From positions 1 to 64,000 of the IMG/VR virus record IMGVR_UViG_3300049927_000163: a DNA stretch of 64,000 bases. One strand, written 5' to 3'. A model generated the notes under the pieces. That model was given only the letters and a program-made list of their open reading frames with translations, had not been told where the DNA came from and made no database searches. This document shows, piece after piece, positions 55,916 through 64,000 of the stretch (position 1 is the first letter of the stretch; every line of letters starts with the position of its first letter). Source of the DNA: a virus. A program made the position numbers and the translations under genes.

Positions 55916-57929
55916 TGTTCACCTGTTTTGGTTGTGTTTGTTTATCGGCTTGTGCCGAGATTGCAACGTCTTCCGCTTTCATTTGTTGTTCTTGAGCACG
56001 GTTGACGCCTTCCAATGCCATAAAGACATCGAGAAGCTTTAAAACTCTATCATCGTCCATTGCGTCTAACTGTTTGATTGCCTGCATTCGTTTCAAATCG
56101 GCGTCAGATCGGTTATCAAGTGACTTCGATACTCTTTCGTCTTCTAGGCCGAGATTTGCAATAGCTCTTGTAAATCGTTCTTTTGCTGAAGCAATATTCG
56201 AAATAGATTGAGACTGGAATAGCTCGGATTGAACGCGGACCTTCTCCATCTCGACTTGAGTAACTTGCTGTTGCGCTTGCTGCTGCTGTTTGTTGAATTC
56301 TTCCATTGCCTGCATGTATTCAGTCTTACCTTGGAGAGGTGCAACTTTTGCAAGTAATCCAGGTGGAACTGGCTCGCCGATCTCTTTAAGAGCAAGAAGC
56401 TGGTTAAAGAACATCTGTTGTTGACTATTAGTGAGCACGCCTTCTTGAACGGCTATATCGTAGCGTAGGGCATCTAATTTAAAGATCTTTTCGTCAGGCT
56501 CTTCATTAATGATGCGCTTGATCTTTTGTTTAGACCAGGATTGCTGCATTTTCAGAATTTTCTTAGAGATACATTCTTGAGCAAAACGCATGTTATCAAA
56601 GATATCTTGCAGACCTACAAGCGCAGCTCCTTGACGAAGCATCACTTTAAGTCCAGAATCTTGCTCGGAATCCGCTTGGCCTAATAGTTCTTCCGAAATA
56701 TTCGCCACTTTCATAATATGTCCCTCAAACATGTTCTTCAATTCGAAGAAACTGGGGGGTATTTGAGCAGGCTGTATCTTTACTATTGCATCTGGTGCCA
56801 AACCTTTTTTCTTAAATATCGCTCTACCTTGAGATGTCTGATAGAGAGATCTTGGGTTGATAACGGCATCTTCTTCAGCAATCCAGCCAGAGTTAATTTG
56901 GCTCTGAACGAGGTCAAGCATCTGCGAGCTCATCTGATTAGTGATGCGCTGCGGATCTATCATAGTCCTAACGAGAGATTGAACCTTTAAAACGTAATCG
57001 TAGCTTTCAGGTTCGAAAACTCCGAAGAAAGGCACGAATGGGTATTCATTTAGACCATATGGATTTTTCTCAGACTTGATATATTCACTATTTACGATGA
57101 TGTGCTGGTAGACAAAGGGTTCTATTCGTTCGATAACCTCCATATTTGGATCAGCAAATAGGAAGTAGTCGGATTCTTCCCCTAGATATTCCATTGTCTC
57201 GCCAGTTAAAGCATTATATAGGAATTTCTTGGGTTCCCATCCTTGTTCCCAGAATTCATCATATGCCATCATCTTGCCACCGTTAGGCAACTGCTGATAA
57301 GGTAACCATGTGAATTTATCGTCTCTTTCCCATCCAACGTGGTAGAGCATATCTAAGTCTTTTTCCATGCCTGGAAGCAGTGATTTAACCATTGGAAGTG
57401 GTAGATACTTACGTCTTAAGATATTAGAACAATCCGACATGTCTTTTTTGGTAAAATATGGATCACAGATGAAGCCATTATACGGCTCTCGTGAACATTT
57501 TATTTGACCATCAAGTGGATCTGTTCTATAATCTTTCCATAAACTGAATAGGTTCCAACCTGTGATAAGGGCGCCCTTAAAACAGTCGGAAATCTGTTCG
57601 TACATATCTCCGTGCTGGAATGTATATAATAATAGTTTTGTCAGTTGGTCTGCTGCCCGTTGATCACTGGCTTCAATTGGTACGCACACTGACGAATGAC
57701 GATGTTTTTTCTGATATCCGGTTACCATGTTGATATTTGGTCGGATGAAATTATTTACATAGGTACTTCTACCATCTTGGAATATTGCTCTCTTTTCTTC
57801 TTCGTTCCACTGATCCCCGAGATACATTCTCAGATCACGATCGGCATAAGGAAAAAGAGGATTCCAAGCGTAATAATTCTTATAGTAGGCTTGATAGTAA
57901 TTGTTGACGATCTCTTGCCCGATCAGCAT
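55905..57929 (-). CDS. Portal protein (P22-like) (B)
   Basis: YLGDQW...N.IRP.INMV.GYQ...DPYF.KKD.SDC...DPQR..N...; homologous to 23345..25459. Confidence 0.9.
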   Translation of the reverse strand: MLIGQEIVNNYYQAYYKNYYAWNPLFPYADRDLRMYLGDQWNEEEKRAIFQDGRSTYVNNFIRPNINMVTGYQKKHRHSSVCVPIEASDQRAADQLTKLLLYTFQHGDMYEQISDCFKGALITGWNLFSLWKDYRTDPLDGQIKCSREPYNGFICDPYFTKKDMSDCSNILRRKYLPLPMVKSLLPGMEKDLDMLYHVGWERDDKFTWLPYQQLPNGGKMMAYDEFWEQGWEPKKFLYNALTGETMEYLGEESDYFLFADPNMEVIERIEPFVYQHIIVNSEYIKSEKNPYGLNEYPFVPFFGVFEPESYDYVLKVQSLVRTMIDPQRITNQMSSQMLDLVQSQINSGWIAEEDAVINPRSLYQTSQGRAIFKKKGLAPDAIVKIQPAQIPPSFFELKNMFEGHIMKVANISEELLGQADSEQDSGLKVMLRQGAALVGLQDIFDNMRFAQECISKKILKMQQSWSKQKIKRIINEEPDEKIFKLDALRYDIAVQEGVLTNSQQQMFFNQLLALKEIGEPVPPGLLAKVAPLQGKTEYMQAMEEFNKQQQQAQQQVTQVEMEKVRVQSELFQSQSISNIASAKERFTRAIANLGLEDERVSKSLDNRSDADLKRMQAIKQLDAMDDDRVLKLLDVFMALEGVNRAQEQQMKAEDVAISAQADKQTQPKQVNNAR

Positions 57930-58027
57930 TTAACACCATTTCAAAAAGTGAGTTCATATACTTTCACTTACTTGAAAGAGGCGGGAGGGGTGAGTAAGCA
58001 CCCCTAATGCTGATCAGGCTTTCCCGC
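57917..58027 (-). promoter_or_regulatory. Structured portal leader RNA sequestering the start codon
   Basis: 14-bp helix 58006..58019 / 57917..57930; GCGGGA/TCCCGC, GGGGTG/CACCCC and TTTCAA..AAGTGA/TCACTT..TTGAAA stems. Confidence 0.6.
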
Positions 58028-58037
58028 GAAAATTTTG

Positions 58038-58202
58038 CTAAATTAAACGTCTTAGTGAGTTCCCTGCGTCTTCATCTGTATAAAGTACATGATTGAGAAC
58101 ATCTTCTAATTGTTTTGCTATAATTTTATCCTTATCATTAAAGGGGATTATTTGCACTGTCTTTTTAGATGTATTGCCTATTGTTACCTTTATATCCGCC
58201 AT
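58038..58202 (-). CDS. Mini protein resembling a portal N-terminal segment
   Basis: TVQIIPFNDKDKIIAKQLEDVL vs portal SSVCVPIEASDQRAADQLTKLL. Confidence 0.4.
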   Translation of the reverse strand: MADIKVTIGNTSKKTVQIIPFNDKDKIIAKQLEDVLNHVLYTDEDAGNSLRRLI

Positions 58203-59454
58203 GAAATCCCTTACCATATGCTCGCTCCATTGCATTCGCATCCGCTTCCGTCATTCCACCCTGCATTCGATCGAAGAAGTGGGTATATAGTGCGTATCTC
58301 TGTGCATCGCAAGAATGGTCGTTCTGTTTGATGGGCTGGTCAATTCCACGCTTGCTTGCCCTTTCATCCCAAAGATATGTGCTGTATTCCTTAATGGAAT
58401 TCACACATGTTTTACATATCTTATATGTTCCGTTTGAAAGTAACTGTCCTTGAAAACGAATCCCTGGAATCACATCATTCTTTGCATCTAGTACATCCAC
58501 TACCCCGACTTTTCTCATCTCAACTTTGAAAGATAAAGCAGATGGGTCTATATAAATTGCCTTTACTGGATAACCAGATATAAAATCAATTAAATCTTTG
58601 GCGTAATCACTATCGCTTTTTTGTCTATTTTTTGCTTTTGAATCGTAATAGTATTCTTTCTCTAGCCAGATGTTTGGATATAGTCCAGAATTATACCCAA
58701 TGAGAGAGAAAACACAAGGGTTGCTAGTACCATAGTCAATACCGCAAATATAATAAGTAGCCGGTCCAGGAGGCTGCAGGATCGTGTGCAAGTCTTCCGT
58801 AAAAAAGTCATAAATAGCTCCTTCTGCTAATACCCATTTACCCTCGATATAGCGCTGATACCAGAGGCCAGAATATTCTTTTTTTAGGTTATTTTTGTAG
58901 TCTTCCCCAAGAGAGGGGTTATCTTCGATAGAGAACTTGAAGACCGCGATATCTCTTTCAGCCGCCTTGTCGATAAATTCGACCTTGAGCCAATGAAAAG
59001 GGGAATCTGGATTGGTCGAACCAAATAGTTTTGCTCCAGGTAACGATAACCTAGAAAAGAGCATTTTCGTAAAGTTCTCAGGTATGATCGTAACTTCGTC
59101 GAGAAGTGCGCCCACATATTCTGACCCACGGATCTTAGCTTCCGCTCTTTCGTCGTTTGCTCCAACAACATCTATTGTCCTTCCCCATAGTTTGATCTCA
59201 CCTTTACCAGAGAGATACTGTAAATCATCGCCAATCAGGTCATAGAGAGGTCGAACGATATTACGCTTAATAGTAGGCTCTGTTCTTCCACATACGATTA
59301 GAGGACCTTTAGGGCCATTCTGAATGAAATCTATCCAACGCCAGAAACAGGCATAGGATTTACCAGATCTAACAGGACCTTCCCAAATGTTAAGTCTCGC
59401 TGTGCTCTCCACTAGACTTCGCTTCTGTATCGGACTTAATATCTGCTTTAACAT
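58165..59454 (-). CDS. terL: Terminase large subunit, PBSX-like family (B)
   Basis: WEGPVRSGKS Walker A, LLDEVT, STNPDSP, GIDYGTSNP, NDHSCDAQRYA. Confidence 0.92.
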   Translation of the reverse strand: MLKQILSPIQKRSLVESTARLNIWEGPVRSGKSYACFWRWIDFIQNGPKGPLIVCGRTEPTIKRNIVRPLYDLIGDDLQYLSGKGEIKLWGRTIDVVGANDERAEAKIRGSEYVGALLDEVTIIPENFTKMLFSRLSLPGAKLFGSTNPDSPFHWLKVEFIDKAAERDIAVFKFSIEDNPSLGEDYKNNLKKEYSGLWYQRYIEGKWVLAEGAIYDFFTEDLHTILQPPGPATYYICGIDYGTSNPCVFSLIGYNSGLYPNIWLEKEYYYDSKAKNRQKSDSDYAKDLIDFISGYPVKAIYIDPSALSFKVEMRKVGVVDVLDAKNDVIPGIRFQGQLLSNGTYKICKTCVNSIKEYSTYLWDERASKRGIDQPIKQNDHSCDAQRYALYTHFFDRMQGGMTEADANAMERAYGKGFHGGYKGNNRQYI

Positions 59455-59809
59455 AATCGAGTAACTCTTTCCAGCCTTTTTTGGCCTGTGTTTCTGTGTC
59501 TTTACCGTCTAAGAAGTCAGTATGATGACCAAATTTATCAAGAACCCACATAAGGCAGTGATTGTCACCTTCAGCGATTCCTTTCGAAAAAGTCTTTTGA
59601 AGACAGTCTTCTACTAAGGATTTTCTAAGTTCATCAAGCCAATCTTGCATACCCCAAAGCGCTATCCTTTTCTTTATGGTCTCACAGCCAATCTCAATTC
59701 TATAAGTAATACTTAGATACTTTTTTGCTGCAAGAATAAAACCTCTTGTTTTAGTAAGAGCTTCTATTAATTGTTCGCATTTCAACTCAGGTCCACTATC
59801 TTTTATCAT
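59390..59809 (-). CDS. Putative terminase small subunit (HTH)
   Basis: IEALTKTRGFILAAKKYL HTH-like start; directly upstream of TerL. Confidence 0.55.
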   Translation of the reverse strand: MIKDSGPELKCEQLIEALTKTRGFILAAKKYLSITYRIEIGCETIKKRIALWGMQDWLDELRKSLVEDCLQKTFSKGIAEGDNHCLMWVLDKFGHHTDFLDGKDTETQAKKGWKELLDYVKADIKSDTEAKSSGEHSET

Positions 59810-60176
59810 AATCTTTCACGTAATCTCTTGTCTTATCATAATATTTCTCTTCATACTCGTTTCTATGATATCGACATAGGTTTTCAGCCTTTATTGGGCT
59901 AGTAACAGATAAGCCTTCGTCAATCCTACAATACTGGCAACGAACCTTATCTTTCCTATCTATCTCAGTTACAATGTTTTTAATCAACTCATCAATTATT
60001 TCATACTTATCTTCTAATGGTATTGAAGTAGCACAAAATTCTCGCCATAATTGCTTAGACTGACCTGATAGCCATTCTTTTTGATATTTTTCTACGCCGT
60101 CTTTTTCTGTGCATTGAGCATATCTTTTATGCAAAAATTCATACAAAAGATCAAAAATGACGTTTTCCATTCTCAT
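59796..60176 (-). CDS. Hypothetical Zn-binding protein
   Basis: CQYC...LCRYH. Confidence 0.5.
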   Translation of the reverse strand: MRMENVIFDLLYEFLHKRYAQCTEKDGVEKYQKEWLSGQSKQLWREFCATSIPLEDKYEIIDELIKNIVTEIDRKDKVRCQYCRIDEGLSVTSPIKAENLCRYHRNEYEEKYYDKTRDYVKDYDKR

Positions 60177-60445
60177 AACTGCGTACCCTCATGCATTGGC
60201 ACAGCGTTGTCTGGCTTAAGTGGTTGATTGGCTATCTTTTGTTTTTCTGCTGCTTGCCTTTCAACTCCGGTGAAGGATATTTTATGGTAGTTTTGCTCTT
60301 GAGGTTGGTGCTTTCTGAAGCTTTTATCCCTTTTTTCTGGGCCAAATTGTTCAGGCATTGGCTTGCCATATTCCATAGGTGTGTTATCGCCATAGCTCAT
60401 TTTCCTTCTCCTTTTGATTTTATGTATTTCAACCATTTTCTCCAA
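60173..60445 (-). CDS. Hypothetical protein
   Basis: ORF in operon; probable start MSYGDN. Confidence 0.45.
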   Translation of the reverse strand: MEKMVEIHKIKRRRKMSYGDNTPMEYGKPMPEQFGPEKRDKSFRKHQPQEQNYHKISFTGVERQAAEKQKIANQPLKPDNAVPMHEGTQL

Positions 60446-60624
60446 TCTCCCAAAGTGGGACCCTCTTCAGAATTTCCTAATTTAGTGTCAATTGATTCAT
60501 AAATAAACAATAAATTATTTCTTTCATCTTCGTATCCTTTTATATACCTATCTATTGTATCTAACCTATCTTTAATTTCTTTTATTACTGAATATGGATC
60601 TTGAGCTAAAAATATACCAGACAT
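60397..60624 (-). CDS. Hypothetical protein
   Basis: TAATG-coupled to the ParB-like gene. Confidence 0.45.
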   Translation of the reverse strand: MSGIFLAQDPYSVIKEIKDRLDTIDRYIKGYEDERNNLLFIYESIDTKLGNSEEGPTLGDWRKWLKYIKSKGEGK

Positions 60625-61163
60625 TATTTCTTTACCTTTGTTTTATATTTTCCAGGAAACTTAATAACATTTACGGCTTCGAGAAACAATCCAACATCCT
60701 CTACTTCTTCAAACTCAAAAATAACTTTAGGTATCTTGTCTTTTGGTAAAGGATCTTCGAAATCATCTGGATTAAATCCCCATTCACACAAAAGATTAGT
60801 ATCCCATTCATTGGCGAGTTTATCCCAATCCCAATCACCTGTATTTCTGTTCAGACGTATATTGAGTTCGTCTATCATTCGTTCATTAAAATCTCTATCC
60901 CCATCTATTACCCAGCATTCTATTTGTGTCCAGCCAAGTTCTTGACAAACCTTAACCCGTTGATGACCACCAATGATTATTCCGCCTTTAGTGATAATAG
61001 GCTTGTCTATAAGGCCAAACCTTATAATACTACGCCTAAGCTCTTTCTCCTCTTCCTTGCTCAAGTAACGAGGGTTCTTATGGTGAGAATTAAGATCGTC
61101 GATATCTCTAAGTTCAAGATGCCAAGTCGTTAAACTGACGTTTTCGTCTTGCATTTTTACCAC
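60624..61163 (-). CDS. ParB-like nuclease domain protein
   Basis: KNPR...LRRSI.RFGL..PII...IIGGHQRV...LNRNTGDWD. Confidence 0.85.
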   Translation of the reverse strand: MVKMQDENVSLTTWHLELRDIDDLNSHHKNPRYLSKEEEKELRRSIIRFGLIDKPIITKGGIIIGGHQRVKVCQELGWTQIECWVIDGDRDFNERMIDELNIRLNRNTGDWDWDKLANEWDTNLLCEWGFNPDDFEDPLPKDKIPKVIFEFEEVEDVGLFLEAVNVIKFPGKYKTKVKK

Positions 61164-61365
61164 CAGATTTATGTTTCTTTTCTTCTTTACTAACTAGATT
61201 CTTAAGCTTTTTCAAAAGCGCCTTATGTTTCTCTAGCCATTTTTCGAATTTCACACCTAATTGGAGCGTCATATTATAACAAAAAATATCATTAACACAT
61301 TCCATTTTCCTCAAAAGAGTTCGTGCATCTTCAATAATAGTAGGCTGGTCATGCATAAGGCTCAT
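61114..61365 (-). CDS. Hypothetical protein
   Basis: ORF in operon. Confidence 0.4.
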   Translation of the reverse strand: MSLMHDQPTIIEDARTLLRKMECVNDIFCYNMTLQLGVKFEKWLEKHKALLKKLKNLVSKEEKKHKSGGKNARRKRQFNDLAS

Positions 61366-61367
61366 TT

Positions 61368-61544
61368 TTACTTACCTTTCTTTTTGCCGGCTTGGGCCAT
61401 CTTTTCCATCTTCTCTTTGCCATACTTTTTCATTCCGATAGCAGCGGCCACAGCTTTAGGATCTTCTACATCACCCTTAGCCGCTATTGATTTCTCTAGT
61501 TTTTCGAATCTCTTGCCAGATCCAAGTTTTGGTTGTTTAGGCAT
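61368..61544 (-). CDS. Small basic phage protein (LGSGKRF.KL...DP.A.AA.IG.KKYG family; not in the ORF track)
   Basis: 58-aa ORF MPKQPKLGSGKRFEKLEKSIAAKGDVEDPKAVAAAIGMKKYGK... Confidence 0.7.
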   Translation of the reverse strand: MPKQPKLGSGKRFEKLEKSIAAKGDVEDPKAVAAAIGMKKYGKEKMEKMAQAGKKKGK

Positions 61545-61746
61545 CTTTCTTCCTTTTGTCTGTCATTCCTGTTTTTCCTGAACCCTTTGGCTTACCTGCT
61601 GATTTAATACCATCATAAGCTTTTACTGCCACTGCTGCTGCTTTCTTTCCAGCCGCTGGATTTGTAGGGCGAATATTATCTTCTCGTAGATTCTTTACTT
61701 TTTCGAATCCCTTTGCTATTTCTTTAGCCATTTGTAACCTCTTCAA
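61537..61746 (-). CDS. Small basic protein
   Basis: K/A-rich ORF coupled to its neighbours. Confidence 0.5.
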   Translation of the reverse strand: MKRLQMAKEIAKGFEKVKNLREDNIRPTNPAAGKKAAAVAVKAYDGIKSAGKPKGSGKTGMTDKRKKDA

Positions 61747-61939
61747 TTGGTTGTACTAACTTCTCGTGATAACTCACACACTTAATATTTTCTTTAGGAA
61801 AAAAGAATCCTGTCTTCTCTTCAGGGACATGGAAAGTCTTTCCAGACTCAATACTTTCTAAACACCTAAGAAGCGCTTCTTGATTTACATCTAGAGCAAT
61901 TCTTTCTTTATCATTATTTAAAACAATAACTTCGTACAT
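61724..61939 (-). CDS. Hypothetical protein
   Basis: TAATG coupling. Confidence 0.5.
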   Translation of the reverse strand: MYEVIVLNNDKERIALDVNQEALLRCLESIESGKTFHVPEEKTGFFFPKENIKCVSYHEKLVQPIEEVTNG

Positions 61940-62178
61940 TATTCTGCCTCATCTATTTCATATTGTTCAATTATAATTTCACACTTTTTTATAAAGTCTT
62001 TTAAATCCTTCAAATTAAACATACCCTCCTCCATCACACCAATTATAATGGTCTTCTGAATGTCTAAGATATGCTTTATATCCATGCATATATCCGCCTG
62101 TGGTAGCTGTTCGACCAAGAGAACGGCCGCATAGTTTGACATGAATATAGCTGTATTAATCGGATCGTAAACATTCAC
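61939..62178 (-). CDS. Hypothetical protein
   Basis: ORF in operon. Confidence 0.45.
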   Translation of the reverse strand: MNVYDPINTAIFMSNYAAVLLVEQLPQADICMDIKHILDIQKTIIIGVMEEGMFNLKDLKDFIKKCEIIIEQYEIDEAE

Positions 62179-62339
62179 ACAGCGCTCACAGGTACGGAAA
62201 TTTCAGGCGATATATTAGGCTCATTACTCTGTGTTTCATCTACCATATCAGCGGCTTCACCATGGGTATCTATCAGATTAAAGCTGAGTGTACACCCTGT
62301 TACCAAGAAGCATAAAATTATAATATTTGCTATTCTCAT
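62175..62339 (-). CDS. Small lipoprotein (B ortholog of 26102..26323; not in the ORF track)
   Basis: MRIANIIILCFLVTGCTLSFNLIDTHGEAADMVDETQSNEP; VTGC lipobox. Confidence 0.65.
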   Translation of the reverse strand: MRIANIIILCFLVTGCTLSFNLIDTHGEAADMVDETQSNEPNISPEISVPVSAV

Positions 62340-62418
62340 CTAAACCCCATGCCTAAGATCATTATACAAAGTATCGCTACAGTCAGTCTCTTCCACCACG
62401 CAATAGTCGCAATGACAT

Positions 62419-62721
62419 TTATCCTCGGCGGAAGCCGAATATCCGCATGAAACTGTCCCAAATACCAAAAGAATCGCTAACGATTGCATCATTTTTATCA
62501 TCCGTATTTGTAATATATTTTTGATAATCTCTACTCTCTTCTGATTGTAGCCATAGTTCATGCACTTGCATTGGGAAGGAAGTGTCGTGGAATATTTTCT
62601 TAATAGCAAACTCAGGGTGTCTAAGATTGAATACCCTTATCGACTGTGAAATAGGTAATGTATACCAGTCATCGCCTAAGGCCCAATGCATCTTAGCATC
62701 GTATTCATCTTTAAACTGCAT
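62419..62721 (-). CDS. Hypothetical protein
   Basis: ORF coupled to rusA. Confidence 0.45.
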   Translation of the reverse strand: MQFKDEYDAKMHWALGDDWYTLPISQSIRVFNLRHPEFAIKKIFHDTSFPMQVHELWLQSEESRDYQKYITNTDDKNDAIVSDSFGIWDSFMRIFGFRRG

Positions 62722-63454
62722 GCTTGCCCTCGTCTATTTCTTTTATAAGCTCTTGGCACAGCAATGATTCTTCTCGCACACATCCAAGTTTCTCTATTTT
62801 CTTTAAGATTGAAGTATATTTTAGAGAAAAATCACTCAGTCTGTGTGACACTTCTTTGAACCATGCATGCTTACTTTCATCACACAAATCGAAAATAACT
62901 CCATGTTTAAGACTAGATAAAGCTGAAGTGTTCGCCAAAAGGTCGTATAGCTCATCTGGAGAAAACATAGTAATAATCTTCTTTTCTTTCTCTGAAAGTT
63001 TAGGTACTTCTTTCACTTTAATTTCTATCTCCACTCTTGGATCATCGCTATAAAATTTATCTATCTCACCGCGTACAACTAAACAATCGTCTGCCCAAAT
63101 TACGTTATTTAAACAATCACAGTAAAACTTAGCTAGATTATCAAAATCAGGTTTGTTCGTGGCGAGTGTTAAGCCCCATAATTTAGCATTTCGTTCCCCT
63201 ATACTGTCGCTTTTATTTATTGGCAAGTAGAAAACAAAAGAAACAGTGAAAGCTTTACCTAAACAGACCTTACAAGCCTCTGTCGATATTCTTTTGTCAT
63301 CGGAATTTATTTGATCAGCTAGTGTAAATGTGAGTTGTTCTTTGACTTTATTCTTCTCTTTTTCTTGGGGATCATACGTGACTACGAATGAGCCACGTTT
63401 AGAATATCTAGCTCGGGCTTTCGGGATCGGATTGCCCTTTAAAATGATTTTCAT
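62711..63454 (-). CDS. rusA: RusA-family resolvase with C-terminal extension (B)
   Basis: G.PIPKARAR...YDP, KPDFDNLAKFY.D.LN.VIW.DD. Confidence 0.85.
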   Translation of the reverse strand: MKIILKGNPIPKARARYSKRGSFVVTYDPQEKEKNKVKEQLTFTLADQINSDDKRISTEACKVCLGKAFTVSFVFYLPINKSDSIGERNAKLWGLTLATNKPDFDNLAKFYCDCLNNVIWADDCLVVRGEIDKFYSDDPRVEIEIKVKEVPKLSEKEKKIITMFSPDELYDLLANTSALSSLKHGVIFDLCDESKHAWFKEVSHRLSDFSLKYTSILKKIEKLGCVREESLLCQELIKEIDEGKHAV

Positions 63455-63673
63455 AAAATTCCCAATGTTCGCCCAAGACGCGAAACAATTCTTCTCTTGG
63501 TACGTTGTTTTGTACACATGCCGAAATCATTAAATTTTCTGCAAGTAAAAAAACTTCCGAAGCACTTGGTTTATAAATATGAAGAACCTTATCTAAATCT
63601 TTCCTGATAGCGTCTAATCTTGGCTTTACATCTTCGTTAAAATGTTTCTATTTATCATACATAATCTCTCTCC

Positions 63674-63874
63674 TTAGGGTACAATTGGGTCTTCCCATTG
63701 ATGATCTATACATTCCTCTTCCTTTTCTTGTTCTAACACTCTTTCATACCAACCGGGTACTATAATACGATTAAATATTATTTTAGGTACATCCTCTCTT
63801 CTTCTATTGCTCTTTGAAATATTCTCTTCATCTTTGGCAGGTATATATGTAGGGGTTGTTCGTTCTTTACCCAT
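63674..63874 (-). CDS. Hypothetical protein
   Basis: ORF with GGAG SD. Confidence 0.4.
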   Translation of the reverse strand: MGKERTTPTYIPAKDEENISKSNRRREDVPKIIFNRIIVPGWYERVLEQEKEEECIDHQWEDPIVP

Positions 63875-64000
63875 AGCTGATCTCCGTGATAGTTATTCCA
63901 AGCCTCTTTATACTCGGATGGTTTATATGCATATGAGCTAGTCCCAAATGCCCACATATGGAAGCCTATGTCTTCAATCCAGGTGGTTTTACTTATGCTC

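Larger units (their letters stand above)
38504..64000. mobile_element. Phage element B: related podovirus-like phage, partial (runs off the window)
   Basis: Second full set of tail, ejection, MCP, scaffold, portal, TerL and RusA genes, with morphogenesis genes in the same order as A. Confidence 0.8.

Noticed and set aside
1-64000. Stop-codon reassignment
   Set aside because: Core genes are full-length in the standard code, TAA, TAG and TGA all end genes, and no suppressor tRNA is seen

Overview
The window is entirely phage DNA. It holds two colinear, related but distinct podovirus-like genomes in tandem, each with an N4-gp56-family major capsid protein, a P22-like portal and a short-tail/ejection-protein module. 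Element A (1..38503) looks like a complete ~38.5 kb genome. It carries tail fibres, ejection proteins, head genes, an antisense accessory island (ParB-like, RNA ligase, tRNA-Asn, four DUF551 genes, a tRNA-like RNA), portal, terminase and an ERF/exonuclease/RusA/HTH replication region. Element B (38504..>64000) repeats the same morphogenesis gene order. Its tail genes are nearly identical to A's, its head genes are clearly diverged, and its large terminase is from a different family. Bases 1..127 are exactly repeated at 38504..38630. 127 is a common assembler k-mer size, so the tandem may be a figure-eight assembly of two co-occurring circular phages rather than a single molecule. Comparing A with B exposes several features: a covarying pseudoknot-like RNA motif at the scaffold gene, start-codon-sequestering leaders at the portal genes, an HNH gene that captured a tail gene's stop codon, a terminase swap, and domain shuffling in virion proteins. 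I recognised no integrase, DNA polymerase or endolysin. Some small proteins hint at an intracellular (Chlamydiae-like) host, which is inference only. All family calls are by-eye motif recognition; no searches were run.
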